NCBI GenBank assembly: GCA_048938385.1
Contig: JBHLMG010000003.1
Coordinates: 21,090-85,089, forward strand
Source: Promethearchaeota archaeon
GTDB lineage: Archaea > Asgardarchaeota > Hermodarchaeia > Hermodarchaeales > Hermodarchaeaceae
Reading direction: 5' to 3'
DNA: 64,000 nucleotides
The notes below the pieces were generated by a model. It was not told the origin of the DNA and made no database searches. It saw nothing but the letters and a program-made list of their open reading frames with translations. The position numbers and the translations under genes are program-made. Positions within the stretch are counted from its first letter, which is position 1; each line of letters starts with the position of its first letter. Below, piece after piece: positions 50,701-60,469 of the stretch.

Positions 50701-50996
50701 TGGGCTACCTCCCAGTGAATGTATCGATATTATGGACTGTAGCAAAGGAAAAGGCTTGCCATTGAAGAAAAACAGCAACAATATGTGTGGTCATTGAATA
50801 GCAAAGTAAGGCATTCTCTCTTCGAGGGTTCTGAAACGCTCCTGAACTGTTGCTGTTAGTCTTCAGCAAGCTCAACGAAAAGCATAATCGCGTACAGAAA
50901 TGACACTGAAATTCTGACATTACAGCTAAGTTTTGACCTGTTTTGTCTAAGGCTCTTCTAGCTAAAGGGTTTTAAAGCCACTGAACCCTATTGAAG

Positions 50997-51068
50997 GATA
51001 AGGCGATGACAGCGGGAGGTCTTCGGAGTCTCTGCCTAGCCGAAGCTTTCCGTTTTACATCCTGATAT
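50997..51068 (+). ncRNA. possible box C/D-like sRNA or structured 5' UTR
   Basis: TTTTAAA at about 50970, C-like GCGATGA at 51003-51009, cUUCGg hairpin, CCGA at 51040-43, CTGA at 51062-65. Confidence 0.25.
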
Positions 51069-51094
51069 AATTAGCTACTCAGGAATGGGATGAC

Positions 51095-54000
51095 ATGAAA
51101 CACTCCTCAATTCTGAAACTCTTTACGCTACCACTCACTTTCTTGCTTATCTTTACGCTTTTTTACCCGCTAATGCTTCCATCTTCATATACCCCGTCGA
51201 ATAAGGCTAATTTCGCTACTGGTCTTTTTGAACAGCTAGTTGGTGATCCAGTAGTCCCACAACCACCTTACCCCGAATATCTAATCATAACTCCCAACAG
51301 TTCATGGGTCGAATCCTTTGCGTTATGGAAGACTCTGAAAGGAACACCGACATATGTTGCCAACATTTCGTGGATCCAAACCAATTACCCCCTTAATCCC
51401 ACCACAAGACGGGATAATGCCGAACGGATTTGGGATTTCATAAACGATGTCTACACATCTACTTCTGGAACGCTCAAATGGGTTCTGCTAATCGGGGATA
51501 ACAGTACAATCCCTTCGCGCTATGTTTACCTCCCCGATACAACAGAATGGACAGGTCTTGATCCAACGCTTAAACCTACCGATTTCTATTACTCCGTGAT
51601 GGGTGATTCCAATTGGGACGATGACAATGATGGTCGTTGGGGTGAATGCAATACCTTTAATGTAGGTGGCCCAACCGCCGATGAGATTGGTGACTGGCAA
51701 CCCGATATCTATGTCGGTCGCATTCCCTTCAGTGATCAAACCAACATCACCAGTATTCTCACCAAAACGATCGCATATGCTCGTAATCCTACAACCTTCT
51801 CTGCAACTGGATGGGATACCTTCCTTCTCGCTGGAGGGATCAGCAATTACGACGAAGAGATCTGGGCTTGGCATGATGGCGATTACACCGATGAAGCAGA
51901 ACTCAGTGATTACATCAATGATAATTTGATTCCAGTTTACTATCGAAACTATCGGTTCTACGAAAACCGCGTCTACTTTTGGAACTACTCAACTACGAAT
52001 ACCTTTCAAGAACTCAACAACACAGCCGTATTCCAGGGGCTCAACACCTTTTCTCCTGCGTTAGTAAATCTCGCAGCCCATGGCAGCCCCATTGATGTTC
52101 AACGAAAATACGACTACGGTCGACCTTATGGGGAATTTTTCTCGCAATTATCACCAGTATGGAACACCAATGTTACAGGTGTAGCCATAGGAGATCCAGA
52201 TAACGATGGAACCAATGAATTTGTGGTCACCCAAGGGATTCCAGGAAGTGACCCACCTCCCCACAACGGCACCGTGTGGTTCCATAATGATCCTAGTTTT
52301 GGGCAAAATCCCATAGATACGCAATTAATCTGGGATCTTTGGAGAAACCCAATCAATGGGCCGACTTGGGCGACCTGTGTGGATATTGGAGATGTCTGGA
52401 ATAACGGCACTATCGCTGTTGTGGTTGGAACTGCCTTAGGCGAAGTGATCATCTTTACCTATTGGAATAACATCAAATGGACAGCCTTTACAGCTGCTAT
52501 CGAATACGGTGACCCGGTTCTTTGCATCGAGGTTGGAAACGCGGATAATGTCGATGATCCTTTTCCGTTCGCTGGAAGTGGTCTGTTGAATATGAGTCAA
52601 ACAGACATCGCTTGGGGCCATCGCAGCGGAGTGGTCATGATTGCCACTGTCAAAGGATTTCGAATTCCTCCCTCCTTCTGGGCTTCCATCGTCAACATTG
52701 GTCAAGCAGTCTACTCTATTGATGTGGGTGATCCAAACGATGATGGATGGAACGAGGTGACCTTTGGTACGGGGTATGCTGGACCCACCGGTGATTGCTA
52801 CATGTACCAATATCTTCCTGGTGCACCAGGATGGCAGCAATATGTCATTGACATCAATGTCGGAGGTATCATCTACGGGTTAGACACAGGAAACGCTGGT
52901 AATGATGGACAGAACAAGATTGCAATTGGTTGCAGTCATGGCGCAATATTCATGTATGAAGCCAACTTCTTCTTACCTGGTTTTCCACCTGTTGAAGCGG
53001 GATCCAAGCGGACAATCGTTGCCCCTGGAGGCAGCGCTGGGGGAGTTCGATGCCTCCGTGTAGGGCATGTCGATGATAACGATATTCTTGGCACAACACC
53101 AGTTGAACAGTATTCTATCATTGCTGGAAACATGATGGGAGGCATCCGAAAATACCACGCTGATAACACAACAGGGTTAGTAGATTGGACGCACATCGTA
53201 AGAGAACCCCTCTTCGCTGCTTCCATATGGACGGCACTCGATGTTGGCGAACTTACGCCTGGAGAAAGTCCAGATAACGATGAAGTGGTCGCTGGCACAA
53301 CACCCTGGATTGGCTTCTCGACTATTGCCTGGTTCGAATGGCCCCATGCTAATTGGGATAACCTACTCCATGTGGGGCAAGCAGGAAATACCACAGCAAG
53401 TATTCCCCATCTCGTTTATGCTGACTCCTGTCTCACCAGTGCCTACGATTATAAAACTGATTGTCTCGCTGAACGCTTCCTCTACAACATGGCTATTGGC
53501 TATGTCGGTTCGATGCGAATTTGTTGGTATTATCGCGGACCCATGGCGAACTCCTTCGCTTGGGGGTTAGGACGCTGGATGTCACAAAACTACTGGGACA
53601 TCTTCTTTTCAGGTACGAGTGACTACCGGCCTGGGAGCACACTCTATGACAGCAAGAGTAGCTATGTTTCCACTTTTGGAGGAACTCATACTCAAGTAAC
53701 TTGGGAAACCTACCATCGGAAGAACCTGCTCAGCTATGCCCTCTTTGGTGATCCAGAAGTCGATGTGTTCACCCGAAATCCAGGAACGCTCACAGTGAAC
53801 TATCCCACTAATGCCCTCTATAGGGGTTCCACAGCTATCCAGGTCCTGGACGGAAGTACCCCCGTGATTGGGGCAACTGTGTGTCTGTGGGACCAAGATG
53901 GGTTGTACTATGAAGTACAAACCACAAACACAACCGGACATGCCATCTTTAAGGTCAGTGCATCCGTACCGAACAGCCTGAATGTCACTGTAACAGCTCA

Positions 54001-54496
54001 CAACTACAGTCCCTACGAATCAACAATAGGCGTAACTCACTGGATTAGCATTACTGCACCAACTGTCGTGTTCAATGCCCCCACATTAGGACTTGACATT
54101 ACGGGCGTGATAGCAAACTGCAGTAACCCCGCACACAGCTATCTCGATTCCACTGAAGCTACAACTTACACTTACACTATCTATAACGATGATAACGATT
54201 TGGCAACCAGTCTAACCGGAGATCTGACTTGGACAGGTACTGAATGGGAAATTACGGACTTGGATGTTTCTGGCTTAGCCCTTGGTTCCTACTATGCCCG
54301 ATGTACCTTTGCCGATAGTGATGTCAGCAGCACGAACAGCCCTCGTTCTCAAGTATTTACCCTCACCCTCCTACCCTTCGACTTCTTCAGATGGCTCCTC
54401 GAAAACTTGGTTCTCGTTATAGCAGTTGTGGTTATTGTCTTAGTGCTGCTAGTGATATGCGTACTACTACGACGACGGAAATCAAAGGAATCCTAA
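51095..54496 (+). CDS. membrane-anchored peptidase C25 (gingipain-like) with inserted FG-GAP propeller
   Basis: YLIITP, WVLLIGD, TDFYY, PDIYVGRIP, HGSP (His329), DSCLT (Cys779), LFGDP. FG-GAP-like repeats (GDPDNDG, GDVWNNG, GDPNDDG, GNAGNDG). C-terminal TM followed by RRRK. Confidence 0.88.
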   Translation: MKHSSILKLFTLPLTFLLIFTLFYPLMLPSSYTPSNKANFATGLFEQLVGDPVVPQPPYPEYLIITPNSSWVESFALWKTLKGTPTYVANISWIQTNYPLNPTTRRDNAERIWDFINDVYTSTSGTLKWVLLIGDNSTIPSRYVYLPDTTEWTGLDPTLKPTDFYYSVMGDSNWDDDNDGRWGECNTFNVGGPTADEIGDWQPDIYVGRIPFSDQTNITSILTKTIAYARNPTTFSATGWDTFLLAGGISNYDEEIWAWHDGDYTDEAELSDYINDNLIPVYYRNYRFYENRVYFWNYSTTNTFQELNNTAVFQGLNTFSPALVNLAAHGSPIDVQRKYDYGRPYGEFFSQLSPVWNTNVTGVAIGDPDNDGTNEFVVTQGIPGSDPPPHNGTVWFHNDPSFGQNPIDTQLIWDLWRNPINGPTWATCVDIGDVWNNGTIAVVVGTALGEVIIFTYWNNIKWTAFTAAIEYGDPVLCIEVGNADNVDDPFPFAGSGLLNMSQTDIAWGHRSGVVMIATVKGFRIPPSFWASIVNIGQAVYSIDVGDPNDDGWNEVTFGTGYAGPTGDCYMYQYLPGAPGWQQYVIDINVGGIIYGLDTGNAGNDGQNKIAIGCSHGAIFMYEANFFLPGFPPVEAGSKRTIVAPGGSAGGVRCLRVGHVDDNDILGTTPVEQYSIIAGNMMGGIRKYHADNTTGLVDWTHIVREPLFAASIWTALDVGELTPGESPDNDEVVAGTTPWIGFSTIAWFEWPHANWDNLLHVGQAGNTTASIPHLVYADSCLTSAYDYKTDCLAERFLYNMAIGYVGSMRICWYYRGPMANSFAWGLGRWMSQNYWDIFFSGTSDYRPGSTLYDSKSSYVSTFGGTHTQVTWETYHRKNLLSYALFGDPEVDVFTRNPGTLTVNYPTNALYRGSTAIQVLDGSTPVIGATVCLWDQDGLYYEVQTTNTTGHAIFKVSASVPNSLNVTVTAHNYSPYESTIGVTHWISITAPTVVFNAPTLGLDITGVIANCSNPAHSYLDSTEATTYTYTIYNDDNDLATSLTGDLTWTGTEWEITDLDVSGLALGSYYARCTFADSDVSSTNSPRSQVFTLTLLPFDFFRWLLENLVLVIAVVVIVLVLLVICVLLRRRKSKES

Positions 54497-54504
54497 ATTC
54501 ATTC

Positions 54505-54535
54505 GCCTTCGGTAGGATTACTTCCAGCCGGAGGC
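54505..54535. terminator. hairpin between convergent genes
   Basis: GCCTTCGGT...GCCGGAGGC inverted repeat. Confidence 0.35.
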
Positions 54536-55392
54536 TACTCTCTTTTTTCTTCATGTAACCCCGTGTCTCGGCGATACTGGGCATACTCATGGATAGCCGA
54601 GAGCGAGATTTTGCTTATGATGAACGGAGCCGTTCGGTGCAGTGTAACTCGAAGTGCTTTCTGGTATGGGCCTTCTTGGTCTGAGAAACGATGGGACGGA
54701 TCCGCGATACAGGAGCCACCACATGTAAAAACGCCTGGGGCGTATTCTCGAACCCCCTGATCTGCACTGACAATGGGGATTGTATATTCTTTGGCACGAA
54801 CTGCGACTAGGGCTTGCCACACCCACTGTCCATAAGCTATGTGTTCGCGCTTCAAAACCGTGGTCATAGTTGGCACTGCTAAAAAGTCCACCTTATCAAC
54901 AACCGGTGTCAGAAGGTCATGGTACCAGAGATCAGAGCAAATAAGGATGGCTAATTCATATTTACCAACACGGAACACTGGGATTTGGGTTCCAGGTTCG
55001 AGTCCAAGGCGCTTTTCGGCTCGGAAGGGATGGTGCTTATCAAATGAACCTAGCATCGAGCCTGAGGCTGAAAAGAGGTAACTCCGGTTTCGCCATTGAT
55101 CTTCTCTTGTCCGATATGGAACGGATCCAGCAACAATGCTGAGCTTGTGTTTCCTAGCAAGATCGCTTATTGTCTTGTGAACGAGTTCAATCATCTGTGG
55201 ATTATCCAGCTTGCTTGTGCTCCATTCACGAAATGTGCCAAAGGCGTATTCGGGCAACACCAAGCAATCGATATGCGATTCCTTCGCTTTCGCTTGTTCG
55301 GTTAACTCCTGTATCTGAAGAAAAGTATCTGTCAGGCTGCTAGAAGGTTCGATTTGGAGCGCGGCAAGTACAAGATTGTCCTCGGAATTCAT
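54535..55392 (-). CDS. carbon-nitrogen hydrolase (nitrilase superfamily)
   Basis: VLPEY, FDKHH, ICSDLW triad. Confidence 0.9.
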   Translation of the reverse strand: MNSEDNLVLAALQIEPSSSLTDTFLQIQELTEQAKAKESHIDCLVLPEYAFGTFREWSTSKLDNPQMIELVHKTISDLARKHKLSIVAGSVPYRTREDQWRNRSYLFSASGSMLGSFDKHHPFRAEKRLGLEPGTQIPVFRVGKYELAILICSDLWYHDLLTPVVDKVDFLAVPTMTTVLKREHIAYGQWVWQALVAVRAKEYTIPIVSADQGVREYAPGVFTCGGSCIADPSHRFSDQEGPYQKALRVTLHRTAPFIISKISLSAIHEYAQYRRDTGLHEEKRE

Positions 55393-55425
55393 GTAATCTA
55401 GCCCCCACAAGACTTCAAGTTTTTG

Positions 55426-57096
55426 CTACTCAAGTGATTCTCCGGGTCTAGGAATCATGTTTCCAGGATTAATAATCCATTCGGGGTCAAGTGCCTGTTT
55501 AACCTCAGCCATTTCTTTGAGTCCGGAGTTACCATACATGATTTGCAGGAAGCCTCGTTTTAACTTACCAATTCCGTGTTCTGCGCTCACTGTACCGCCC
55601 AGCTCCACGGCTTTCTGAGCAAATTGTCGATAGAGGGTCATACCTTGATCGACTTCAGTATCCGTTCGAGGCAGGATGTTGACATGCAAGTGATTGTCTC
55701 CGATGTGCCCAAATATGATGTATTCGAGCCCAGCTTTCTCAAGGTGGGTCTTATAGTATGCAATGATGGTTTCCAAGTGTTCATCAGGGACAGCCATATC
55801 GGTGCCGAGCTTATGAACCCGAGGATACTTTTGTTTGCGTTGCGCGATGAGTGCGTTCACGGATTCAGGAATAAGGTGACGCACAGCTTTCATTTTCTCC
55901 AAATCACCGGCTTCAATGCCCGCCCATGTATCATCCATCCCAATACCGAATTTTTCCAGCACTTCTTGGGCTGCCATGAAAGTGGCTTCCATCGCGGATT
56001 CAGAAAAGGGAATTTCTAAGAAGATGATGGCTTGGCACTCATCCACTTGCGCGGGAACTGTCACACCACCCGTTCCCTTTTCTCGTGCTTCACGGAGCAT
56101 TTCCACAGCATGAGAATCAAAGTATTCCACTAGAGTGGGTTTAACAGGACTTGTCTCCCGGCGCACCTCTTGAACAAAATTGATGGCTGCTTCCTCTGTT
56201 GGGAAGAAAGCAAAGATGGTTAGGGATTGTTCAGGATACTGTTCGAGCCAAACCTCGGCTTCTGTGATTATGCCTAAAATTCCTTCAGATCCAATGAATA
56301 GATCGATTAGATCCATGTCGGGTTGAGCAAAAAGTCCTGCTGCATTTTTCGTCTTTGGCATCGAATAGCCTGGTACATGAATTTCTATAGTGGTACCGTT
56401 GGTTAGCTCGATGAGGAACACTCCTGCTTTAGCTTGAATTGTTCCACGAGGGATGTCTAGGATGTCACCGTTGGGAAGCACTACTCGAAGCCGCCGTACC
56501 CATTGCCGTATTGCTTTGTATCGGAATGAACGGGCACCAGAAGCGTTTGCTGCAATGGCTCCTCCAAGGTGGGCTGTCATTTCTGTGGGGTCTGGTGGAA
56601 AGAAGTAAGGCTTAGGAAGCTGCAGAAATTTGTTTAAAGCCTGTTGCTCCTCGGGTGTTCCTTTGCCTTTAAGGGGGTCCAACTGCTTCTTTTTCACAAC
56701 CGAGTTCAACACTTCGAGAGTTACTCCTGGTTCTCCACGAAGATAGAAGCGGTTTCCACTTTCGTTAACACCTATTGCTAGCAGTTTGTCCATCTGTTCA
56801 AGCGTAAGTAGGACACCGCCTTGAGGGACTGCGCCCCCTGTTAATCCTGTACGTCCAGCAGAAATTGTGAGGGGTGTTTTTGTTTCATATGCCCATTTTA
56901 CTACTGCAACCACATCGGCTTCGGATCGAGCATAAAAAAGGTGTTCGGCGTAACCGTCTCCAAAGCGTGCTTCGTCTGTCAGATAGTCGCTACAGCTCTC
57001 ACAGATTGCATCCTCACCTTCGACGACTTTGACATTTTCAAGCTTGGAGGGGTGGATTGATATCGCTTTGATTCGGTTCGTTAGCATTGTCTTCAT
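55426..57096 (-). CDS. FAD-linked oxidase (D-lactate dehydrogenase/GlcD family)
   Basis: GRTGLTGG, FIGSEGILGII, GHIGDNHLH, SAEHGIG, DPEWIINPG. Confidence 0.92.
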   Translation of the reverse strand: MKTMLTNRIKAISIHPSKLENVKVVEGEDAICESCSDYLTDEARFGDGYAEHLFYARSEADVVAVVKWAYETKTPLTISAGRTGLTGGAVPQGGVLLTLEQMDKLLAIGVNESGNRFYLRGEPGVTLEVLNSVVKKKQLDPLKGKGTPEEQQALNKFLQLPKPYFFPPDPTEMTAHLGGAIAANASGARSFRYKAIRQWVRRLRVVLPNGDILDIPRGTIQAKAGVFLIELTNGTTIEIHVPGYSMPKTKNAAGLFAQPDMDLIDLFIGSEGILGIITEAEVWLEQYPEQSLTIFAFFPTEEAAINFVQEVRRETSPVKPTLVEYFDSHAVEMLREAREKGTGGVTVPAQVDECQAIIFLEIPFSESAMEATFMAAQEVLEKFGIGMDDTWAGIEAGDLEKMKAVRHLIPESVNALIAQRKQKYPRVHKLGTDMAVPDEHLETIIAYYKTHLEKAGLEYIIFGHIGDNHLHVNILPRTDTEVDQGMTLYRQFAQKAVELGGTVSAEHGIGKLKRGFLQIMYGNSGLKEMAEVKQALDPEWIINPGNMIPRPGESLE

Positions 57097-57225
57097 CTTC
57101 TCATTTCGTTGAACTCGAAGACTTCGCCTTTTCCACAGCCAAATATCTTTTGGGTTTACTGATTTCTAAATGGTTGTTATTGGTGGCTGGTTTCATTTCT
57201 TTCTCAATCAGCGCAGGTTAGTACT

Positions 57226-57732
57226 TCAATATTTATTTTTGGTCAGTATAAGCTCATAAAGTTCAACATCAACGCCCCAGAAATGTTGGCGAAGAGTGCC
57301 TGATTTTTGGAATCCTAGTTTTTGATACAGGGATATTGCTCCTGAGAGGTTGGGGACTGTATCCAACCAAACCTTTGTTGCATTGTGTTTCTGTGCAAAA
57401 TTTATCACTTGTCTTGTAAGAGCTGTTCCGACCCCTCGTCGTTGGTATCTCTGGTCAACAACCATGTGTTTCAACATACATGTTCCATGAATCAATAAAC
57501 ATCCCACTACTCCAATGACCTGATTTTCAATCTTAGCGACAAAATGAGTATACCGGTCTAGTCGCTCTTTGACTTCTGTGGGAGAGGGTTGTCGTGAAGT
57601 AATAAGTTCTTCAGGTAACTCGTCTCGATAGTCGTCTAAAACCTGTCTATAGAGTGCTGAAATCTTTTCAATATCTTTAAAATCTGCTTGTAAGATCCTG
57701 AAATCAATACGCTCAGACTTTTTTTCTCTCAT
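57226..57732 (-). CDS. GNAT N-acetyltransferase
   Basis: VDQRYQRRGVG, AISLYQKLGF. Confidence 0.88.
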   Translation of the reverse strand: MREKKSERIDFRILQADFKDIEKISALYRQVLDDYRDELPEELITSRQPSPTEVKERLDRYTHFVAKIENQVIGVVGCLLIHGTCMLKHMVVDQRYQRRGVGTALTRQVINFAQKHNATKVWLDTVPNLSGAISLYQKLGFQKSGTLRQHFWGVDVELYELILTKNKY

Positions 57733-58040
57733 GATATAGTTTGTGTCAATTTCTGTCTATTAAGTATCTGGGATAAAACACAAAGAAAAAAGCGATCCTA
57801 AACAGCTTTCAACTAGCACTACTTACGAACCTTGATTGTATTTCGTATTCAGCTGGTCTTTTATTCTTTGATCACTACTGTCGATGTTTTTTGGTGATGC
57901 GTTTTCGAATAGCTTTCCAATTTAATATCTCATATTCTTCACTTGGTTTGTCATTTTTTGAATAGGACCCGACTAATTTGTAAAATTAAGCTATCCTCGT
58001 ATCTTTCTACCGCAAATCAAGTAAGTATTCTTAGTTTTGA

Positions 58041-59183
58041 TTATTCGATGGAAATTTCCTCTTCTTTGAGTAGGAAGTCTTCGAGTTTATCTCGGGCTTT
58101 TTCCCGGCGTTTTTGATGTTCGGTAAGGAACTTCGTGGCTAAATCAATACAGATGTTCTTACATTCGCCACAGAGCATGTCGCCACTTCGACATCGTTGT
58201 TCTAAGGCATCTAGCTTGTCTTGTTGGGGGATAAGGACTAATTGATAGTTTGCGAAAATAGAACAGATTTCGGGTTGACCTCCAAGCTTTCGTTGTTCTG
58301 CCGCATTACCTCGTCCTCCGGTGAACGCGTTTTGCAGCTTCTTTTTAATGACCTTCGGTGAGTCGACTGTGTAGAGTGCTGACTCGGGATCGGATGCGGA
58401 CATCTTCCCACCTTGTTGCAATCCAGGAAGGAAGCGGGAATGCAAAATCCCCGGTTTTAAAAATCCAAGTTTTGGTAAAACATCCCGGGCTACTCGAAAG
58501 TGGGCGTCTTGATCAATGGCTAGGGGAATCACGCAGGGTACATTGCGTCCTTCCCGCACTGAATGGAGAAACGCAGGGACAGCTTGGAAACTAGTAAAGA
58601 AGATAGATCCGATATTCGTTGAGTTTGTGAATCCAAACACTGCCTTCGCGGTGGAAAAGGTGATGCGTTTGGCAACTTGAATAGCGAGCGGATATATTGT
58701 CCGAGCGTGGTAGGAATCCATGATAATGTGGGTTTTCTTAGGGTCAAAGCCGGTGGCAATGAGGTCCAAAGCATTCTCTCGTGCATAATACCGTGCTTTA
58801 GTAAGGTCGAGGTCGAAGTTGAAGAGGAATTTTTCATCATCGGTGAGCTGGAAGTAGTAGGGGCATTGGAACTGGTCTTGCATCCATTTGGTAAAGATGA
58901 ACTGAGTGAGGTGGCCAAGATGTGTATGGCCACTGGGACCCCGACCATTATACAGGTAGAAAGGGTTACCTTTTTCGTATTCGTCGAAGACAAAGTTCAT
59001 GTCCCGGTGACTGAAGTAGATGCCACGGGTCAACAAATAGTGAAGCTTCCCCGCGTACTTTTCAAACCGGGATAATAGTTTTTTGTCAATCAGTTCGGTG
59101 CCGAATTGCTTTACGAGTTTGGCGTAGTCGATTTCCCCTTTGACTTCATAGGGAGTTACGACGAACTTTTCATCACTTGGCAT
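58041..59183 (-). CDS. trpS: tryptophan--tRNA ligase (archaeal/eukaryotic type)
   Basis: VTPYEV, GRGPSG..HLGH, TDDEKFL, AIDQDAHFR, KMSAS, AFTGG. Confidence 0.97.
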   Translation of the reverse strand: MPSDEKFVVTPYEVKGEIDYAKLVKQFGTELIDKKLLSRFEKYAGKLHYLLTRGIYFSHRDMNFVFDEYEKGNPFYLYNGRGPSGHTHLGHLTQFIFTKWMQDQFQCPYYFQLTDDEKFLFNFDLDLTKARYYARENALDLIATGFDPKKTHIIMDSYHARTIYPLAIQVAKRITFSTAKAVFGFTNSTNIGSIFFTSFQAVPAFLHSVREGRNVPCVIPLAIDQDAHFRVARDVLPKLGFLKPGILHSRFLPGLQQGGKMSASDPESALYTVDSPKVIKKKLQNAFTGGRGNAAEQRKLGGQPEICSIFANYQLVLIPQQDKLDALEQRCRSGDMLCGECKNICIDLATKFLTEHQKRREKARDKLEDFLLKEEEISIE

Positions 59184-59314
59184 GATAGGTCACCACTCTT
59201 ATAGGATGTGCAGGAAGGGAGACGGTAGCAAGGCTAGTTAGGCGAAATCGGTGCCGATTATGGATGGAGCCAAAAACAATCGCCTATCATCCTTGTCACT
59301 ACCACCGCTCAATC
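59184..59314 (-). promoter_or_regulatory. structured trpS leader with 10-codon uORF (MIGDCFWLHP, 59290-59258)
   Basis: TTTAAA at 59333-59328. Nested stems GGUAG/CUACC, CAAGG/CCUUG and AGGCGA/UCGCCU enclose two small hairpins. Confidence 0.5.
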
Positions 59315-59410
59315 CAGTTTTCCAATATTTAAATTCTGTTGTTAAGAGCGCAAACCCAAACCAACAAACTAGCAGAATTTACGAATAACCAGTTTACTCA
59401 TGGAGTAATT

Positions 59411-59426
59411 GAAAAAACCTTTAAAT
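59411..59426 (+). promoter_or_regulatory. BRE-TATA promoter of tRNA-Trp
   Basis: GAAAAAACC-TTTAAAT, with the TATA box about 36 nt upstream of the tRNA 5' end. Confidence 0.7.
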
Positions 59427-59461
59427 CTCACATCATAGACCATAAGCTGGTCTCTCAAAAA

Positions 59462-59637
59462 GGGGTCTTGGCCTAACCAGGTATGGCAACGGGCTCCAGA
59501 AGAAGCCGCCAGAATGCTATGCTGACCGGATCTCCGGGATGACGATGTTCTGGAGCGACCTGGTGACACCCGTAGGTTGAGGGTTCAAAAGCCACCCGAG
59601 AACTACTCCGTGGCGGAAGATCCCTCAGACCCCACCA
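59462..59637 (+). tRNA. trnW: tRNA-Trp(CCA) with two introns (37/38: 59500-59567; 59/60: 59590-59620), encoded CCA end
   Basis: Acceptor GGGGTCT/AGACCCC-A-CCA, D-arm GCCT/TGGC, anticodon arm ACGGG-CTCCAG^A-CCCGT, T-arm GAGGG-TTCAAA^T-CCCTC. Both junctions fold as relaxed bulge-helix-bulge motifs. Confidence 0.92.
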
Positions 59638-59660
59638 TTCTCCTTTTCGAGAAATTCTAC

Positions 59661-60431
59661 CTAGTCCTCACGGTCGTAGGCTTGCCATTTACTCGGGCGT
59701 ACCATGCCTCGCAGGTATCCACCTTTTAAGTTGACGCCAAGCCTTGAACCTCGTGTACCCTCGCTAGCGAAGGGTAGGCGGCGCGTATCATGGTCAATAC
59801 TAAGGACGGTACCTCTATCACCACCTTTAATGACGACGGAGGTACGTCGTGTTCCCTCCACATGTAAGGGACCTTTCAGTGTAGTCCAGAGATATTCTCC
59901 AAAGAATCCTGTAATTAGGCTAAGGATAATTGATCCCAGGCTTATTCCTACGATAGCAGTTGTTGCCATTAGAATGAATAACAATGGATTAGTGATCAAG
60001 GGCGTGAAGTATGGCGGTTGCCCATAGGCTTGCCAAACCAAATCTGTGAGGATGCCTATCTGGATCTGTTCAAGGAAGAATGCTGAAGCAAATAATTCGG
60101 CAAAAATTACAGCTCCTATAAGGCGATGACGACCGGAATTATGCTGGGCTAACGGAATGAGGCTAATGGAGATAACCCCGATGATGATGTTGACGAGTAA
60201 TGGTAAAGGGGTATAGAAGATGGTCAGCACAACAGTGACATAATAGGTACCTGACCCTGTGATGCCCTCTTGGACCCACACAATAGGCGGGATGAAAACC
60301 GCGATGAACATGAAGACTAATCCAGCAACGCTTGCAATGAGGATATAGATGGGTACTCGATCATTGGGAATCCATCGACGGCTGAGAAGGGGCTTTGCTG
60401 TACTACCTGATAACCTCGCAAATGCAGGCAT
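59661..60431 (-). CDS. multi-pass membrane protein
   Basis: About four TM segments; start placed at the first in-frame ATG after the upstream gene's stop. Confidence 0.65.
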   Translation of the reverse strand: MPAFARLSGSTAKPLLSRRWIPNDRVPIYILIASVAGLVFMFIAVFIPPIVWVQEGITGSGTYYVTVVLTIFYTPLPLLVNIIIGVISISLIPLAQHNSGRHRLIGAVIFAELFASAFFLEQIQIGILTDLVWQAYGQPPYFTPLITNPLLFILMATTAIVGISLGSIILSLITGFFGEYLWTTLKGPLHVEGTRRTSVVIKGGDRGTVLSIDHDTRRLPFASEGTRGSRLGVNLKGGYLRGMVRPSKWQAYDRED

Positions 60432-60469
60432 GGGGCAAGCTTTCACGGATTTGTGTAATGTGTTCCTGT

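Noticed and set aside
59190-59202. T-box antiterminator in the trpS leader (AAGAGUGGUGACC)
   Set aside because: The bulge would be 8 nt instead of UGGNACC, the match is explained by the GGUGA RBS, and no Stem I motifs were seen.
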